Assembly (NCBI RefSeq): GCF_009914755.1
Contig: NC_060938.1
Direction: 5' to 3' (one strand)
DNA from: the human T2T-CHM13v2.0 reference genome, Homo sapiens
DNA: 64,000 nt
This document shows positions 13,301 through 26,639 of this stretch, piece after piece. The stretch's first letter is position 1. Every line of letters starts with the position of its first letter. Under the pieces are notes generated by a model that made no database searches, was not told the DNA's origin, and saw nothing but the letters and a program-made list of their open reading frames with translations. The translations under genes were made by a program, and so were the position numbers.

Positions 13301-14477
13301 GACTTTTTAAGTCCATTTTGAATACAAAATCAATAATTTGACCCTTTGATCTCACTGGATCCTTTCACAATCTCCCTTTACTGGAGCAATAAGATTCATC
13401 CTCAAAATTTGTGGCAAGAGATTTACAGGGGAAAAAATGAATTTTAAAGAAGGAAATTATCATATTTGAAACTGTTAGTCCACTCCATTTAGACTCAGAG
13501 ATTCTAATAACACAACAGTGTGAACACCAGATTTGGTTATCAGAAAGAATTCCTGAGTATTCAAACTCTTCTACTGTGAGCTCTATGCCCTTAGGCAAGT
13601 TTCATAATGTATTTAAGCCTCACTTTTCTCATCAAAAAAATATGGAAAAAATAATAACCACTTTCTAAAGTTTTTATGACATTTAAAATGAGATGGTGTA
13701 TATGTAAAGTAAACAGCACACACACCAGATCTTCTAGAACAGTGTTTACTAGAGAAAATTCATAAAGACAAGAGAAAGAGCAGGTGTGTGGTTTCCCCAG
13801 AGGCAGCACTCACCCTACATTCTGAAACAGCACACAGCAACCTAGCATGGCCAATGTGAGACCCTAAGAAAGAGAACCCAGTCTTGAGCCATGGAACTTT
13901 AAGGCTGCACTGGGGAAGCACCAGGCCTTACTGTAGCATGGGGGCTGGGCTCCAAATTATGTGATTATAGCAAAATCAAGGAAATCTGCAACCTCCAGTC
14001 CTGATCTGCCACCTCAGCTCTCTTACAAAATTTATTGCCTCAAGTGCTAGGCTGGGGCTCTATTAGAACCAGTTCCTTCTCTGGAAGGCCACCCTGCAGG
14101 GAATCCATTACCCTTACCTCTCAGTATGTGAAATTCACTAGCACAGAGCCTGGCATGTAGTTGGTATAAATGTGGAATGAATGTGTGCAGCCATGGAGGA
14201 CAATGTCTTCAGTCCCTTTGTAATGCAGAAAGTGTGCTTGTTCTCAGATCAAATAATTAACTTATTGAACAAGTGTTTATAGGTATCTACTAGGTACCAG
14301 GCTGTCTTCTAGACACTTGAACTATCTTCTTTTAAAAAATGCACGAAGATATCAGATTTTATAGAAAATACATTCTAGTAAGCATTAACCATAAGTAAAT
14401 TACTATATGGTTTATGACTTCAGAGAGTCTCTTTAGCGTTAATATATTTTGCATTACAATATATGAGAAGATAAGTC

Positions 14478-14994
<517 letters not shown>

Positions 14995-15659
14995 CTAAAT
15001 TAGGAAATGCCTACATGTTCTAGAACTAGGTGGAATGAGAAGCCATAGGAAGGCTTTGAGAAAGGAGTGATAAAATCTGACTTCCATGTAAAAGTCTTAC
15101 TCTGGCTGCCGTGCTGAGAATAGACTGCAGATCATCAAGATGAAAGTGGGGAAAATTGTTGTATTAACATTAAAACCAAAGATATCTGGTGTTACTCTGA
15201 GCTCAGAGGCTTCTTCCACCAGAAAAGCTCATTCAAGAGCAGCTGTTGTTACTGCTCCTGCTGATGGAAGAGGGGCTAAAGACATATTTGATAGCCTTTC
15301 TGTAGATCTCTTGACTGCAGATGACCTGTGAGTTTAGGGGAAAATGACAGGAAGGAGTCTTAATTTCAGACACAAGAAGGTCTGTTGTGAAGGCATCTTC
15401 CAGAAGGCAATATTTGTGCTTTCTTCTGTTGTGTAAGACTCCCTACTCAAATTTAGGCAGTTTAAGGACCTTAGAAAATTGTGCTGTGGTGATAAAGGTA
15501 ATGGAAGTCAGAGCAGAGGGATAATAAAAATCCATATGCCTCTTTGAAAGCCTGTGTAATAAAGATATCTGCTGCCTCACCGATCTGAACAGGGTTGAAT
15601 AAGCAACAAATGGACAAGAATGCTCAGTCCCTGAGCTACCAGGAGACATAGGCCTTTAG

Positions 15660-15800
15660 TGGGACTGCCTATATAATTTACGGGACCCAGTACAAAATGA
15701 AAATGCATAACTTCCTAAGAATTTGAAGACTGCAACAGCAGAGCATTAAAGCATGAGTTCTATGAGACTGTACAGGTTTCATACCCAGGAAGCTGGCCCT
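15660..15800 (-). mobile_element. MER45-like hAT DNA transposon relic
   Basis: ATAATTTACGGGACCCAGTACAAAATGAAAATGC ... GAAGCTGGCCCTG terminus. Confidence 0.55.
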
Positions 15801-16279
15801 GATCACTACTAGTTTGGAATGCCATCATTATTCAGATATCGATGTTACAGGCAGGAGCATGGGAAAGACCTTAAATTAATTTGATAACAATTCAACCTAG
15901 TGGCATACAGAATGAGGGCAAACTAACTGAGTAGTTTGGTGTAGAAAAGAAGCACCTCACCTCCTCAAATTACCTCTGAGATGGTGAGATGCCCTGTCCT
16001 TTTGACATCTACATATTTAATATAAACTCTTCACCTAGGACCACAGCAGTGGCAGAGATCCAGATGCTCGGAGAGATCTATTTGCACAAGAAAAAATATG
16101 CATAAAGAGGTTAATAGTCAAACCAAATAAGGGGCTGAGTTGTACCGTGAGCTTTTTTACAACTTCAAAGTGGGAAACATTTATTGCCCTTACTCATGGT
16201 GCTGTCTAAAGAATAACTTTTTACTCTCCTGAACATTTCAGGGTTCTACTCTTATTAGAGAAATTGTACTATTATCATT

Positions 16280-16405
16280 TTATTTTTAAAATATTTTTAG
16301 AAATGGGGGTCTCACTGTGTTGGTCAAACTCTTGAGCTCCAGCCATCCTCCTGCCTCAGCCTCCAGGGGAGCTGGGACTCCAGGTACGCACCACCCCACC
16401 CGGCC
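16280..16405 (-). mobile_element. Alu monomer (FLAM-like)
   Basis: GGGGTCTCACTGTGTTGG...CCTGCCTCAGCCTCC...CACCCGGCC. Confidence 0.7.
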
Positions 16406-16427
16406 ACTGAGTCACTATTAAAAATCA

Positions 16428-16740
<313 letters not shown>

Positions 16741-16999
16741 TCATTTAGCATACCCAGTCTGGGGCTTTCTACTGAGAGCCTTTGTTGACTTCTCTTCTAA
16801 GGCAAAGAGCAGGGATATAAAGAAGTAACACTTCGAAAGATGGATGTTCTAGTTACATTTCTAGGCTCTGAAATCAAATACTTAATCCACTTATTGACTG
16901 ATTAATTTATCCAACAAATATTAAACTTGACCGACCCTTATAGTGTCTGGAGCCTAGTAAATAACTATTGAATAAGCTGTGAACAGACAGCCAAGTCCT

Positions 17000-17225
17000 G
17001 CGGACTCAGAGAATAATGAGACAAATCAGATATTGAATCCTGGCTTCACCACTTTTGAGCAGTGTGACCTGGAGCAATTTGTTTATCCTCTCTGATCATC
17101 AATTTCCTCATCTATAAAATGGGAACAATAATATTAACACCTATTTTCACAATCATGTGGATTAATGTATGCAAAGCCTCTGTTTCATCACTAAGCACTC
17201 AGTAAATATTAGCTATCATCATCAT
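17000..17225 (+). mobile_element. MIR SINE
   Basis: TTGAATCCTGGCTTCACCACT..TGTGACCTGGAGCAA..TTTCCTCATCTATAAAATGGG. Confidence 0.75.
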
Positions 17226-17680
17226 CATTACTAATTTCTATTGATTTAACTAGACACAGAAAGGGCAGCATGTGTCTTACAAGCCAGCGCTTCCCTCTTC
17301 TAACCACTAATTCAAAAAGGATTGTAAGTAATGTTTAGAGGTCACTCCCTAGCCCAAAATAGGATGCCACTGTGTTGTGCTTTGTTTTCTTTCTTCCTCC
17401 AGTGCTGAAGCACTTGTGTGTTTTGGTTAATCTAAGATTTAAAAGATTCCTACATGTAGTCATGCAAAGTACTTGTATATACCTCTAAGGACCTAGCAGG
17501 TCTAGTGATCCTGGAGTCTCATATCCGAAAGAGGAACCAGTACTAAAAGACAAACTTCCCAAAATCTAAAGAAGGGAAGTGCAATCAATGGTATGAGTTA
17601 GAAGCCTCAATCCTGGGAGAGACAGCCTGTGCAAGCCAGGAGAAATCATGGGTTCTCCAGTCCCCAGCACTGGAGCAGCC

Positions 17681-18124
17681 ATGATCAGTGCCTCCACTTC
17701 AATGCTTGTGAGGCTGTTACTCTCTGGTGAGCAAAATGACAGTTTAAAATTTTGGCTCTTTTATAATTTCTCTTATTTCTCATTTTGTTACTTAGATTCA
17801 ATGTCGTTTCCATTCATTCTAATAAGAACCTTGGCTTTCCAGGAAGAACCACTAGAGACTCAGTGAATTAGACACAGGGCTATGTGACCCTTTCTTCAGG
17901 GGCACACCTGACGTTGAACTGTACCTACAGAATGGGTAGGTACCTTCCTCTTGTGGTATGTCCAATATCCCAAAGAGATATCAAAATGCCTTGTCTCTGA
18001 GGCATCATGATAAATGAAAAGGAAGATTTCAGGCCCATTAAGTTAAGATTAAAACCTCTTTCCACTTGCAGAAAACCTCTATCCAAGCACTAGGCACAAT
18101 TGTGTACTTTTATGTTCCTAATGA
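17681..18124 (+). pseudogene. TRAV pseudogene, TRAV18/9/8-like (possibly the IMGT late-added pseudogene TRAVC; symbol not certain)
   Basis: Leader MISASTSMLVRLLLS-G (17681-17726, GCAGCCATG context, donor GTGAG); acceptor AG 17841-17842; V exon RTTRDSVN*TQGYVTLSSGAHLTLNCTY with TAG at 17869-17871; frameshift before TFLLWYVQYP (TGG 17954); further stops; FR3 TSFHLQKTSIQALGTIVYFY with the second Cys mutated to TAT (18111-18113). Confidence 0.9.
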
Positions 18125-18163
18125 CACAGTAGGGGAGACTAACAGAGGAGTTGAGTGCAAATT
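18125..18163 (+). other. Degenerate 23-RSS of the TRAV pseudogene
   Basis: CACAGTA + 23 nt (ending GGAGTTGA, like TRAV spacers) + degenerate nonamer GTGCAAATT. Confidence 0.75.
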
Positions 18164-18515
18164 GCAAGGGGTATGAGAGGGGCTGGGTGTGAGCAGTTTC
18201 TTTTTCCTATCCAGACAGGGCCCTGGAGTGCAGGAGTGTATGTGGGAAGTTGGACAGGCTTCGTGATTTGCTATCCCAGGTTAAGTAGCACATGAGACTG
18301 CATCTTAGAAATGGGGAAAGGAAAGATTTGTCAAAACATTGCCCATATCTGTCCTCTAATTATAGCTCACTGATCAAAACTACAAGCCTAGTAATGTAAC
18401 GAAGGAAAGTTCTTTGACATCAGTTATTTAAAATATGTACAATGTGATTTTCTGAAATACCTTTGTATTTAAAATGTAATTTAAATTACCCTTAAAATTA
18501 AAATAAATCAATAAC

Positions 18516-18907
18516 TGTTTTAGTCCATTTTGTGCTGCTATAATAGAATACCTGAGAATGTGTAATTTATGAAGAACAGAGACTTATTTCTTACAGTTTT
18601 GGAAGATGGGAAATCCAAGGTCCAGGGGCCTGCATCTGGGGAGGGCCTTCTTGCTGCACCATACTATGGCCAAAGGCAGAGGGCAAAAGAGTGCATGCAA
18701 GAGGGAGAAACGGATAAAGTGCCAAACTCATTCTTTTATCAGGAACCCACTCCCAAGATATCTAACCCACTCCCATGATAATGTCATTAATCTATTCATG
18801 AGGACAGAGCCCTCATGACCTTTTAAAGGTCCCACCTCTCAACACTGTTGCATTGGGGATTAAATTTCCAACATATGAACTTTGGGGGGCACATTCAAAC
18901 CATAACA
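18516..18907 (-). mobile_element. MST/MLT1A-type MaLR solo LTR
   Basis: TGTTTTAGTCCATTTTGTGCTGCTATA...GGCACATTCAAACCATAACA; TSD ATAAC/ATAAT. Confidence 0.85.
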
Positions 18908-19064
18908 ATAATAAAACATTAATATTCCTGGGGAAAATGAGCAATTCACAAAAAGTAGTACAAATGGCCACTTTATAAAGAGGTATATAAATTCTTTAGT
19001 CATCAAAGAAACATTTAAAAAAGTGATTCATTTTTTCCAGCTATCAAAATAGTGAAGGTTACTG

Positions 19065-19091
19065 ACACACACACACACACACACACACACA
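19065..19091 (+). repeat. (AC)n microsatellite
   Basis: About 13 AC units. Confidence 0.95.
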
Positions 19092-20097
19092 TATCATGGA
19101 ATTTTTTTCTGTTACTCCAAGAACCTCCTATGGCACCATGAGTCTTGAGCCATTTACTATGTAACCAGAAATAAAGACTGCAAATACTCAACTGTAAGCC
19201 AAGCCACTTCTAGTCTAAGTGCAAGATTGCATATTTGAAGAGAAATATTTCCATTTCTGAGAAACCAGATAAAATTATGCCAGGACTGAGGAAGAAAAAA
19301 AGAGAAAAAAAAAAAGAGCAGTCAGGAAAAAAAAAGCAGTCAAAAAAAAAAAAAAAGAACAAAGTTAAGTAGACTTTGCAAAATGACTTCAATTGAATTA
19401 CACCATCATTATCAAATAAATCTTCAAGTCCAGATAAAAAAGGAATAAGTGTACCCTCAGCACTACCCTTTTCTAGAAGAGAGAACCAAAAATATCTTGA
19501 TTCACTACCGTTTTCAGTGAAGAATATTGCAAATGTGAAAGATGGTAATAACAGGAGCAATCAAACAATAGACAGTCCTGAGAGGTTACTGCTCTTTTAC
19601 TGTAAAGCTAAACTTTGAAATGTGAATGCTAAGTCTTTGTTAACACAATTATAATAATAATTACATTTTAGATAGAATTTCATATTTATTCTTGCATTGT
19701 TGAAGTTAATTCTATTTTTTGATATTCAGATTCAGCTTTAGCTTCCCCCAGATATTGACTTTAACATCTCACCATTCGGCATTTGGTCACAATGTGTGTT
19801 CAGTGGACCATGTTTTAAGGAAATAATTAGACGTATGAAGAGGGTTTATGTAAGCATAGATTTATCACAATGTTGTTTGTAAAAACTGAAAATATTGAAA
19901 CAACTGTCTAAAATACTGACATGTTGTGATGTCTAAGTTCTAGTGGAAATTATTCTCCCTTAGAATAAGTGTTGTAGCGATAACAGACTTAGGAGTGTGG
20001 TGAGTCCCCTTTGCACAAAAAGACCACCTCACACCCAACATGACTCTTAAGAATGAGGACAGTAGTGAGGACACACTGCAGAACACTGAGAGGCAGA

Positions 20098-20142
20098 TGA
20101 CGTCTTATAACCTGTTCATTAACTTGCCACTTGGGGGTGCTA
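20098..20142 (+). promoter_or_regulatory. TRAV40 promoter: CRE-like site and CTCF-like motif
   Basis: TGACGTCT (20098-20105) overlapping E-box CAGATG; GCCACTTGGGGGTGCTA (20126-20142). Confidence 0.5.
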
Positions 20143-20239
20143 TTCACCAGTGAAATCATAATTTATGCATGAATTCTGAGTACAACTGTGAATCCTCACT
20201 TCAACAGTGATGCCCTCTGCTAGGCCAGAGACACTAACA

Positions 20240-20669
20240 ATGAACTCCTCTCTGGACTTTCTAATTCTGATCTTAATGTTTGGTAAGTACATTTTATTAA
20301 AATTTTTTGTATTATTTCAAAATAATAAATACTTCTCCAAAAGATACAACAACTCTGGCCAAACCCATAAAATCAGTACTTTTTTCCCCCTACAGGAGGA
20401 ACCAGCAGCAATTCAGTCAAGCAGACGGGCCAAATAACCGTCTCGGAGGGAGCATCTGTGACTATGAACTGCACATACACATCCACGGGGTACCCTACCC
20501 TTTTCTGGTATGTGGAATACCCCAGCAAACCTCTGCAGCTTCTTCAGAGAGAGACAATGGAAAACAGCAAAAACTTCGGAGGCGGAAATATTAAAGACAA
20601 AAACTCCCCCATTGTGAAATATTCAGTCCAGGTATCAGACTCAGCCGTGTACTACTGTCTTCTGGGAGA
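20240..20669 (+). CDS. TRAV40: T-cell receptor alpha variable 40 gene segment (leader 20240-20282, intron 20283-20395, V exon 20396-20669)
   Basis: MNSSLDFLILILMFG-GTSSNSVKQTGQITVSEGASVTMNCTYTSTGYPTLFWYVEYPSKPLQLLQRETMENSKNFGGGNIKDKNSPIVKYSVQVSDSAVYYCLLG; GTAAG donor, polypyrimidine-CAG acceptor; RSS follows. Confidence 0.96.
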
Positions 20670-20707
20670 CACTGTGTTAAAAGCACAGTGGGAGCTATAC
20701 AAAAACC
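20670..20707 (+). other. RSS of TRAV40 (non-consensus heptamer, 22-nt spacer)
   Basis: CACTGTG (20670-20676) + 22 nt + perfect ACAAAAACC (20699-20707). Confidence 0.92.
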
Positions 20708-21356
20708 TCAAAGGCTCAGAGGAAGTATGTAGTGAGGCTGGAAAACCCAGGTTGTAGAGCCCTGTTCTCTCTTTCACAGACAGTCCTGTTAAGACATTAT
20801 TAGAAGATAAGGAAAATCAAAATCAGATATAACTGCCTCTAATTCCAGGGGGCACAGGGGTTTCTTTGACAGAAAATGGGGTCAGGGAAGAGGGTCTCAG
20901 ATGATATCCCTGCTCTCAATTAGGTCAGTTCTCTCTTGTCCTTCAGGCTTTCTTGCATGATGTGTAGGAATTAGAATATGATGACTTGGATGTCAGTCCT
21001 GGCTCTACTACTTATTAGCTATGCAAATTTGGCCAAGTTAATTGATGTCTCAGAGCTTTAGTTTTTTTCACTTGTGAAGTAGAAATAAAAATAATCACAC
21101 AAATTTAGCATGGAGATAAAGTGGAAAAAAGGTAGGTTAGGAAGGGGCAGATTAGTACTCAAAGCATTTCTGGAACTTGCAAGTCCCACCGTAGCAGTTC
21201 TGCTCTCTCACAGCAATCTCTCTGCCTAGTGCTGACCATCCTAACAGGGCTTGGCATGCCCACTGCTTTGTCACACCACACCACACCCCACGCCACGCCC
21301 AGCCCCAGGCCATTATGATCAACATATCATCTTTTCTCTCACAGGCTCCTACTGAC

Positions 21357-22530
21357 ACTACACACAAAAATTAACTCAAAGTGGATCATAGACCTAAATG
21401 TAAAAACTAAAATTGTAAAACCCTTAGAAGAAAACATAGCAGTAAATTTTCATGATCTTGGGTTAAGCACTGATTTCTTAGATGTGACACCAAAAGCACA
21501 AGCAATAAAATAGAACATTGATAAGTTGGACTTCAACAAAATTAAACTTGTTTATGCTTCAAAGGACACCATCAAGAAAATGAAATGATAACCCACAGAA
21601 TGGGAGAAAACATTTGCAAATCATATGTACTATGTACCCGATGATAAGGGACTTGTATTTAGAATATATAAGGAACTTTTACAACTCAATAATAAAAAGA
21701 AATATAACTCAAGCAGTGAGCAAAATATTTAAATAGACATTTCTTCAACAAAGATACAAGAATGTCTAATATGCATATGAAAAGTTACTCATGATTAGTC
21801 ATGAGACAAATGCAAATCAAAATCACAAGATATCACTTCGCAAAAGTAAAAGGCTATGACTTTTTAAAAAGGACAATAATGAGTCTTATCAAGGATGTGA
21901 GAAATTAGAACCCTCATACATTGTTGGTGGGGATGTAAAATGATGCTATCACTTTGGCAAACAGTTTGGCAGCACCTCAAAATGTGAAACATAGAATTAG
22001 CATATGACCCAGCAATTCCAGCCCGATGTATCTACCCACAATGCATATGTCCCCACAAAAACCTGTGCATGAATGTTCATAACAGCATTGTTTATGGTAG
22101 TCAAAAGTGTAAGTAATCCAAATGGACAAACCAGATGTGGTATCTCTATACAATGGAATATTATTCAGCCATAAAAAGGAATAAAGTACTGACACCTACT
22201 ACAACATGAAGAATCTTGAAAACATTATGCTAAGTGGAAAAATCCAGACACAAAATGGCCATATTGTGTATTTCATTTATATGAAATACCAAGAATAGGC
22301 AAATCCAAAGTCAGAAAGCAGTGTGGCTGCCAGAAGCTGAAAGAAGTGGGGAGTGGGGAGGGACTACTTAATAGATGTGTGGGGTTTCTTTTGGGGAAAA
22401 TATTCTGAACTAGATAGTGGTGATGGTTGCGCAACATTGTGAATACACTAAAAGCTACCATATTATATACTCTAAAGTGATTAAAAGTATGAATTTTATG
22501 TTGTGTGACTTTTACCTCAATAAAAAAGAA
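21357..22530 (+). mobile_element. L1MB-type LINE 3' end
   Basis: AAAATTAACTCAAAGTGGATCATAGACCTAAATGT ... GGTGATGGTTGCGCAACATTGTGAAT ... CTCAATAAAAAAG. Confidence 0.85.
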
Positions 22531-22998
22531 GACAACCAAAAAATCTAAATGTGATTCTTAATGGGACAAGAAGCTCTAAAAAAATTAAATTCTTACTATT
22601 CCATTGCAAACAATTCCAATAAGTATGTGAAATATGGAGCCATCTGATAAAACCTATAGCAGTACGGGAAGGTATACTAACTCAGCTTTTAACTAAAAAT
22701 TATACAAATGTTGACTGACACAAAGGCAAAGGAGAATAGCAAAGATGGCATGAGCCTTTAAGGAAATCGTTAAAAAGTGGAAACCTTTTAATGAATGCAG
22801 TTAAGGCTTAAAGAAAATGTGAAGTGGAACATAAAAAGCGTTTTAGAACAGTTTGGAGAAATGAAGAGGGTGGGGTGGGGAGGAAGGTTAATTTACATAT
22901 CGAGGAAAACAGAATAATTTTGGTAGAGAATAAAGAAGAGGTAGGGCACTTCGACCCCTGGTTTCATCCTCTATTCTTCATCAAATACAATAATTTTG

Positions 22999-23359
<361 letters not shown>

Positions 23360-23799
23360 CTAAGAGAGAACTTAGATGCTTTGAAAATGATCAATTCTTC
23401 TGGGTCTTTTAAACTAATCCCCAACATACAAAAAGAATTTGCAGGCATGGTTGGCAAGGCATTGGGAGAATTTTTTGAAAACCTATCAGGAATGAAGGAA
23501 ATCCCCAACTCAGGAACACAGAAATAGTGGATCGATACCCAGCAAAATTCTAGAGCAGATTATTAACAGATAATGTGTGGGCTCTTAGAAAATAATGCAG
23601 TGATCAGTACCAAGCCAGAATGAGCTCACTAAAGACATTTTTAAAACAAGTCCTAAATTCAAAGGACTTCCGTGGACTTCAAACGTGTCAAATATTTGCA
23701 AGATATTTAATAATTTGTTTTTCACTATATCAATGGGAAAAATATATATATATTATCATTTGTTGAGTGTTGTGTTTATCACAGGCCCTGTTGTACTAC

Positions 23800-24240
23800 A
23801 TATGTAATAAGAACTAACATTTATTTATCAAGGGCTTAATGTGCATGAAGTGTTGTTCTAAATGCTTTGCATACATTAATTCACTTAATCTTCACTACAA
23901 CCTCATGAAGTAGGTGCAATCCTTATTATAGATAAGGAAACTATCTTTAATACAGAAGAATTAACTAACTTGCCCAAGAACACAGAGTTAGTAAGGGAAG
24001 ACCTGGCATACAAATACAGTTTGACAAGCCCAAAGCCTGCATTCTTAAATTCTATACTTTGTTACCTCCCAATGTTATCTGTAATCCCCACCACAAAACT
24101 ATAATTTTGGTATTGTTACACCCATTTTATGAATAAGGAGACTGAGGATTGGAGTATTGAATAGAAAAATCCAGTAGAATCTAGTAAGTAGTAAGACTAA
24201 GGCTCAAACCTAAGTTCATTTGGATCTAGACTGTATCCTC
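23800..24240 (-). mobile_element. MIR fragments (approximate)
   Basis: TTAATCTTCACTACAACCTCATGAAGTAGG, TAACTTGCCCAAG, CCCATTTTATGAATAAGGAGACTGAGG. Confidence 0.65.
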
Positions 24241-25574
24241 TATTCACTTTGTCATTCTGCGTAATGCTAGACTTGGTGAATTCTCAGCTGAAAGAACGGC
24301 CATGTATAAATATACAATTTAGAAAAATGTCCCTATTGTTACACCTCATGATTTTATCCTTCACTTTGACCTGTTCACATTGATCTTATGTAAATTCACA
24401 CAAGGTATGCCCATTAAATGTACAAATAGCAAATTTTGAGATCGGTATATGATGATCATGTCCTAATGATCTCCAGCTAATATGTTTATTTACAGCATAA
24501 ATTAAAGATTGAAAATCATCTGAACAAACTGGAAAGATAGACTGAAACTGTCAAAATAGAATTTAATGGAGATAACTATATATTTATACAGTAGTTTTAT
24601 AAAAATGAGTTGTAATGTCTGGAAGAAGGGATCCTGAATTTTTAGTATTTGTTGTGTAACGCGCTCATAGTAATTAAGGAAAAGATTTTCTGAAAGGATA
24701 TTAGAAATTCTCATAAAATCAATTTGTGCAAAATACAGCTAGGACTCACAGAAAGAAGAAAATCACCAATTGGCTATGCTTTCCGAATCTACTTTTCTCT
24801 GGATGTATGATCTGTTCTCCTCCTGGGAAACCAGATTCCACTGTAAGCCTGTCATATTCTACTCCACAATAACTTCAGTTTGAACATACCCAGCTCTGTT
24901 TGCTAAGAGATGAGTCTGGTTTGAATAGCACAGGGCTTTAAAGCTCTAGTTACACTGTCTAACTGCGGTTTCTGTACCTCTAGTTCAAATTAATGAGCGT
25001 AGTATCTTCCCAGATCCAATAAGCTATTGCCAGAAAAAGGAGGTTATTTGGTACAAGCATGACCTCTATGTCATCTCTTTAGAAAGGAATCCCAAAAGTG
25101 GAAAAGGACTACATGCTCAAAATAATTCACCAATGTGATAAAACAACTGAAACTATCATAGATAACAATAAAACAAGTGGAAACCAGATGAGTACAGTAA
25201 TACTCTGACAGGGCAACAATATTTGAATCACATTTGAAGAGACGTGAACAAACTGTAGCAAGTCTAAAAATAAGAAAGATAAAACTAATAAAGTAGTCTG
25301 AAATAATACCATGTGCAGAAAGAAACAAGGATGTCACATAAAGAAACCAGAGATATTTATAAGGACACCTTTACAAAAAAGAACAGATCTGGCCTTGAGT
25401 TTTCAAAAGATATAATGTGAAATGCAGCTACTCTACTTGATCTATCATAGCTGGCTGAAGTCTAACAATCAACAAGCTTCTGTTCTCCCACACTACCCTC
25501 ACCTTTCTTCTAGGACTCCTAGTAGGAGGATGCTAAGTTTGGTTCTCTATCTGTATTGTGGGTGAGAGGGGCTG

Positions 25575-25671
25575 TTTGTTTGTTTTAGAGACAGGGTCTT
25601 GCTCTGTTGCCCAGGCTAGAGTGGAGTAACATGATCATATCTCACTGTATCCTCAAACTCCTGGGCTCAAG
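25575..25671 (-). mobile_element. Alu monomer fragment (FLAM/AluJ)
   Basis: GAGACAGGGTCTTGCTCTGTTGCCCAGGCT...CTCCTGGGCTCAAG. Confidence 0.75.
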
Positions 25672-25705
25672 TATTTGACCTGCATAATAAATGTCTACGC
25701 CTCAT

Positions 25706-25719
25706 GCCACTAGGTGGCA
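25706..25719 (+). promoter_or_regulatory. CTCF motif upstream of TRAV41
   Basis: GCCACTAGGTGGCA, a near-perfect core about 220 bp 5' of the ATG. Confidence 0.7.
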
Positions 25720-25937
25720 ATGTGGGTGTTATACTGAAAAGATCACAGATGGTTCACTTTGCAAGTAAAACTGTAAATGTTCTTAAGTGTGCATTTCTGC
25801 TGCTTCTGATGGGCTGAAAATCCCCTTTGATTTCTAAAGTAAATGTAGAGACGTTTTAAAAATAAAGGACTCCTTTGTCCAAGATATATTCCGAAATCCT
25901 CCAACAGAGACCTGTGTGAGCTTCTGCTGCAGTAATA

Positions 25938-26441
25938 ATGGTGAAGATCCGGCAATTTTTGTTGGCTATTTTGTGGCTTCAGCTAAGCTGTAAGTTGGGG
26001 AGTTTCAGGACATGAGATATTTTTCAAAATTCTGGGGAGGGGAGAGAAGGGACTCCAAGTGGCTAATCTGGAGGCCCTCCTGAAAATGTGTAAAGAAATG
26101 TGTATAAATATTGCAATAATTGTAATATTCTGTATCTGATGATGTCTTTGAGAACAGGTGTAAGTGCCGCCAAAAATGAAGTGGAGCAGAGTCCTCAGAA
26201 CCTGACTGCCCAGGAAGGAGAATTTATCACAATCAACTGCAGTTACTCGGTAGGAATAAGTGCCTTACACTGGCTGCAACAGCATCCAGGAGGAGGCATT
26301 GTTTCCTTGTTTATGCTGAGCTCAGGGAAGAAGAAGCATGGAAGATTAATTGCCACAATAAACATACAGGAAAAGCACAGCTCCCTGCACATCACAGCCT
26401 CCCATCCCAGAGACTCTGCCGTCTACATCTGTGCTGTCAGA
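25938..26441 (+). CDS. TRAV41: T-cell receptor alpha variable 41 gene segment (leader 25938-25989, intron 25990-26157, V exon 26158-26441)
   Basis: MVKIRQFLLAILWLQLSC-VSAAKNEVEQSPQNLTAQEGEFITINCSYSVGISALHWLQQHPGGGIVSLFMLSSGKKKHGRLIATINIQEKHSSLHITASHPRDSAVYICAVR; canonical splice sites; RSS follows. Confidence 0.97.
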
Positions 26442-26480
26442 CACAGTGCTCCCCAGGCACCTGGAGCCCGTACCTAAACT
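26442..26480 (+). other. 23-RSS of TRAV41
   Basis: CACAGTG + 23 nt + ACCTAAACT (26472-26480). Confidence 0.95.
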
Positions 26481-26639
26481 CTAAAGTTGAGGCATCATTT
26501 CTTACTCCTGTCTTTCAGACTTGTCTGTCTCTATCCTTGGTCAGATGATGTAAAATGTTTAAGTTTTTAAAATATAATATTCTCCCCTTCTAGACCATCT
26601 CTCTTCTCTACAACATCATCACCAATTATGTTAACCAGA

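Noticed and set aside
25990-26157. TRAV41 intron length is a multiple of 3 (168 nt), suggesting in-frame retention
   Set aside because: An in-frame TGA occurs 8 codons into the intron.
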